5,707 bases of DNA from a virus (taxonomy: Duplodnaviria; Heunggongvirae; Uroviricota; Caudoviricetes), in IMG/VR virus record IMGVR_UViG_2744054447_000008; one strand, given 5' to 3'. The first letter of the stretch is position 1. Each line of letters starts with the position of its first letter. Shown here piece after piece: positions 4,576 through 5,707 of the stretch. The notes below the pieces were generated by a model. The model searched no databases. It saw only the letters and a list, made by a program, of their open reading frames with translations, and was not told where the DNA came from. A program made the position numbers and the translations under genes.

Positions 4576-5707
4576 ACCCCGATCTCACAAAATCTCTATA
4601 CCCAATTTATATTGCAAATTAGATAAGCGAACCGGAAAGGTATATTGGCAATACAAACATCCACTATCCGGTCGTTTTCATAGCTTAGGAACTGATGAGA
4701 ATGAAGCAAAACAAGTTGCTACTGAAGCAAATACCATTATTGCTGAACAACGTACCAGACAAATATTAAGCGTCAATGAGCGTCTGGAAAGAATGAAAGG
4801 CAGGCGCTCAGACATTACGGTGACAGAATGGCTTGATAAATATATTTCTATCCAAGAGGACAGGCTGCAACATAATGAACTAAGACCCAACTCCTATCGG
4901 CAAAAAGGCAAACCCATTCGTCTTTTCCGTGAGCATTGTGGAATGCAACACCTCAAGGATATTACCGCACTTGATATTGCCGAAATAATTGATGCTGTAA
5001 AGGCTGAAGGTCATAACAGGATGGCGCAAGTCGTGAGAATGGTGTTGATCGACGTCTTCAAAGAAGCACAACACGCAGGACATGTTCCGCCAGGATTTAA
5101 CCCAGCGCAGGCAACAAAACAACCGCGAAATCGAGTAAACCGCCAAAGATTGTCACTGCCCGAATGGCAGGCAATATTTGACAGCGTAAGCAGACGGCAG
5201 CCCTATTTAAAATGCGGCATGCTACTTGCTCTTGTTACTGGACAACGTTTAGGCGATATCTGCAATTTGAAATTCTCTGATATATGGGACGACATGTTGC
5301 ACATTACTCAGGAAAAAACCGGTTCAAAACTTGCTATTCCGCTTAACCTGAAATGCGATGCTCTGAATATTACCCTTCGTGAAGTTATATCTCAGTGCAG
5401 GGATGCTGTTGTTAGTAAATATCTGGTCCATTACCGTCACACTACCTCTCAAGCAAACAGAGGAGACCAGGTTTCTGCAAATACTCTGACAACGGCTTTT
5501 AAAAAGGCCCGGGAAAAATGTGGCATAAAATGGGAGCAAGGAACTGCGCCCACATTTCATGAGCAGCGATCTCTGTCAGAACGGTTATATCGGGAACAGG
5601 GTCTGGATACGCAAAAGTTGTTAGGCCATAAATCCAGAAAAATGACCGACCGATACAATGATGATCGTGGTAAAGACTGGATTATCGTAGATATCAAAAC
5701 AGCATAG
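4565..5707 (+). CDS. int: Lambda-family tyrosine integrase (site-specific recombinase), 380 aa
   Basis: The N-terminal arm-binding region (RPRSHKISIPNLY...RTGKVY) resembles lambda Int (RRRSHERRDLPPNLY...RTGKEF). The catalytic region carries LVTGQRLGDIC, the HEQRSLSERLY box, LLGHKS and the tyrosine in DRYNDDRG, matching lambda's AVVTGQRVGDLC / HELRSLSARLY / LLGHKS / YRDDRG. AAGGA at 4551-4555 precedes the start, and the TAG stop is the last three bases of the window. Confidence 0.95.
   Translation: MAARPRSHKISIPNLYCKLDKRTGKVYWQYKHPLSGRFHSLGTDENEAKQVATEANTIIAEQRTRQILSVNERLERMKGRRSDITVTEWLDKYISIQEDRLQHNELRPNSYRQKGKPIRLFREHCGMQHLKDITALDIAEIIDAVKAEGHNRMAQVVRMVLIDVFKEAQHAGHVPPGFNPAQATKQPRNRVNRQRLSLPEWQAIFDSVSRRQPYLKCGMLLALVTGQRLGDICNLKFSDIWDDMLHITQEKTGSKLAIPLNLKCDALNITLREVISQCRDAVVSKYLVHYRHTTSQANRGDQVSANTLTTAFKKAREKCGIKWEQGTAPTFHEQRSLSERLYREQGLDTQKLLGHKSRKMTDRYNDDRGKDWIIVDIKTA

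Noticed and set aside
4678-5560. Three minus-strand ORFs of 70, 88 and 78 aa inside the integrase gene
   Set aside because: They are antisense to a full-length integrase with intact catalytic motifs; they are shadow ORFs.
1-5707. Chi recombination hotspot (GCTGGTGG or its complement CCACCAGC)
   Set aside because: I scanned by eye and found only near-misses (GCTGGTCC near 1473, GCTGGTAT near 1731) and no exact octamer on either strand. This agrees with the known absence of Chi from lambda, but a hand scan is not exhaustive.
1-5707. CRISPR array, tRNA or rRNA
   Set aside because: There are no regularly spaced direct repeats with unique spacers and no cloverleaf-compatible segment. The short repeats that are present are explained as IS sub-terminal repeats and an octamer array.

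Overview
This window is the early-left (pL-type) operon arm of a lambda-like prophage, with every phage gene on the + strand. The gene order is: an unrecognised ORF in the kil position, then gam, bet and exo (lambda Red, recognised by sequence), three small orf60a/orf63/orf61-like genes, a hairpin plus T-run terminator, a TraR/DksA-type zinc-finger protein, an ASCH/DUF3850-like protein, an unknown 79-aa protein, xis and a lambda-family tyrosine integrase that ends on the last base of the window. The left edge carries the start of an IS-type transposase helper gene on the minus strand, running out of the window; it sits where the N/cIII side of the operon would be expected, so the operon looks truncated or interrupted by an insertion sequence. 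I found no rRNA, tRNA or CRISPR array. All identifications come from reading the translations; no database search was possible. The least explained parts are the kil-position ORF, the TraR/ASCH/79-aa accessory block before xis, and a run of stop/start-overlapping small ORFs including a 27-aa hydrophobic peptide.
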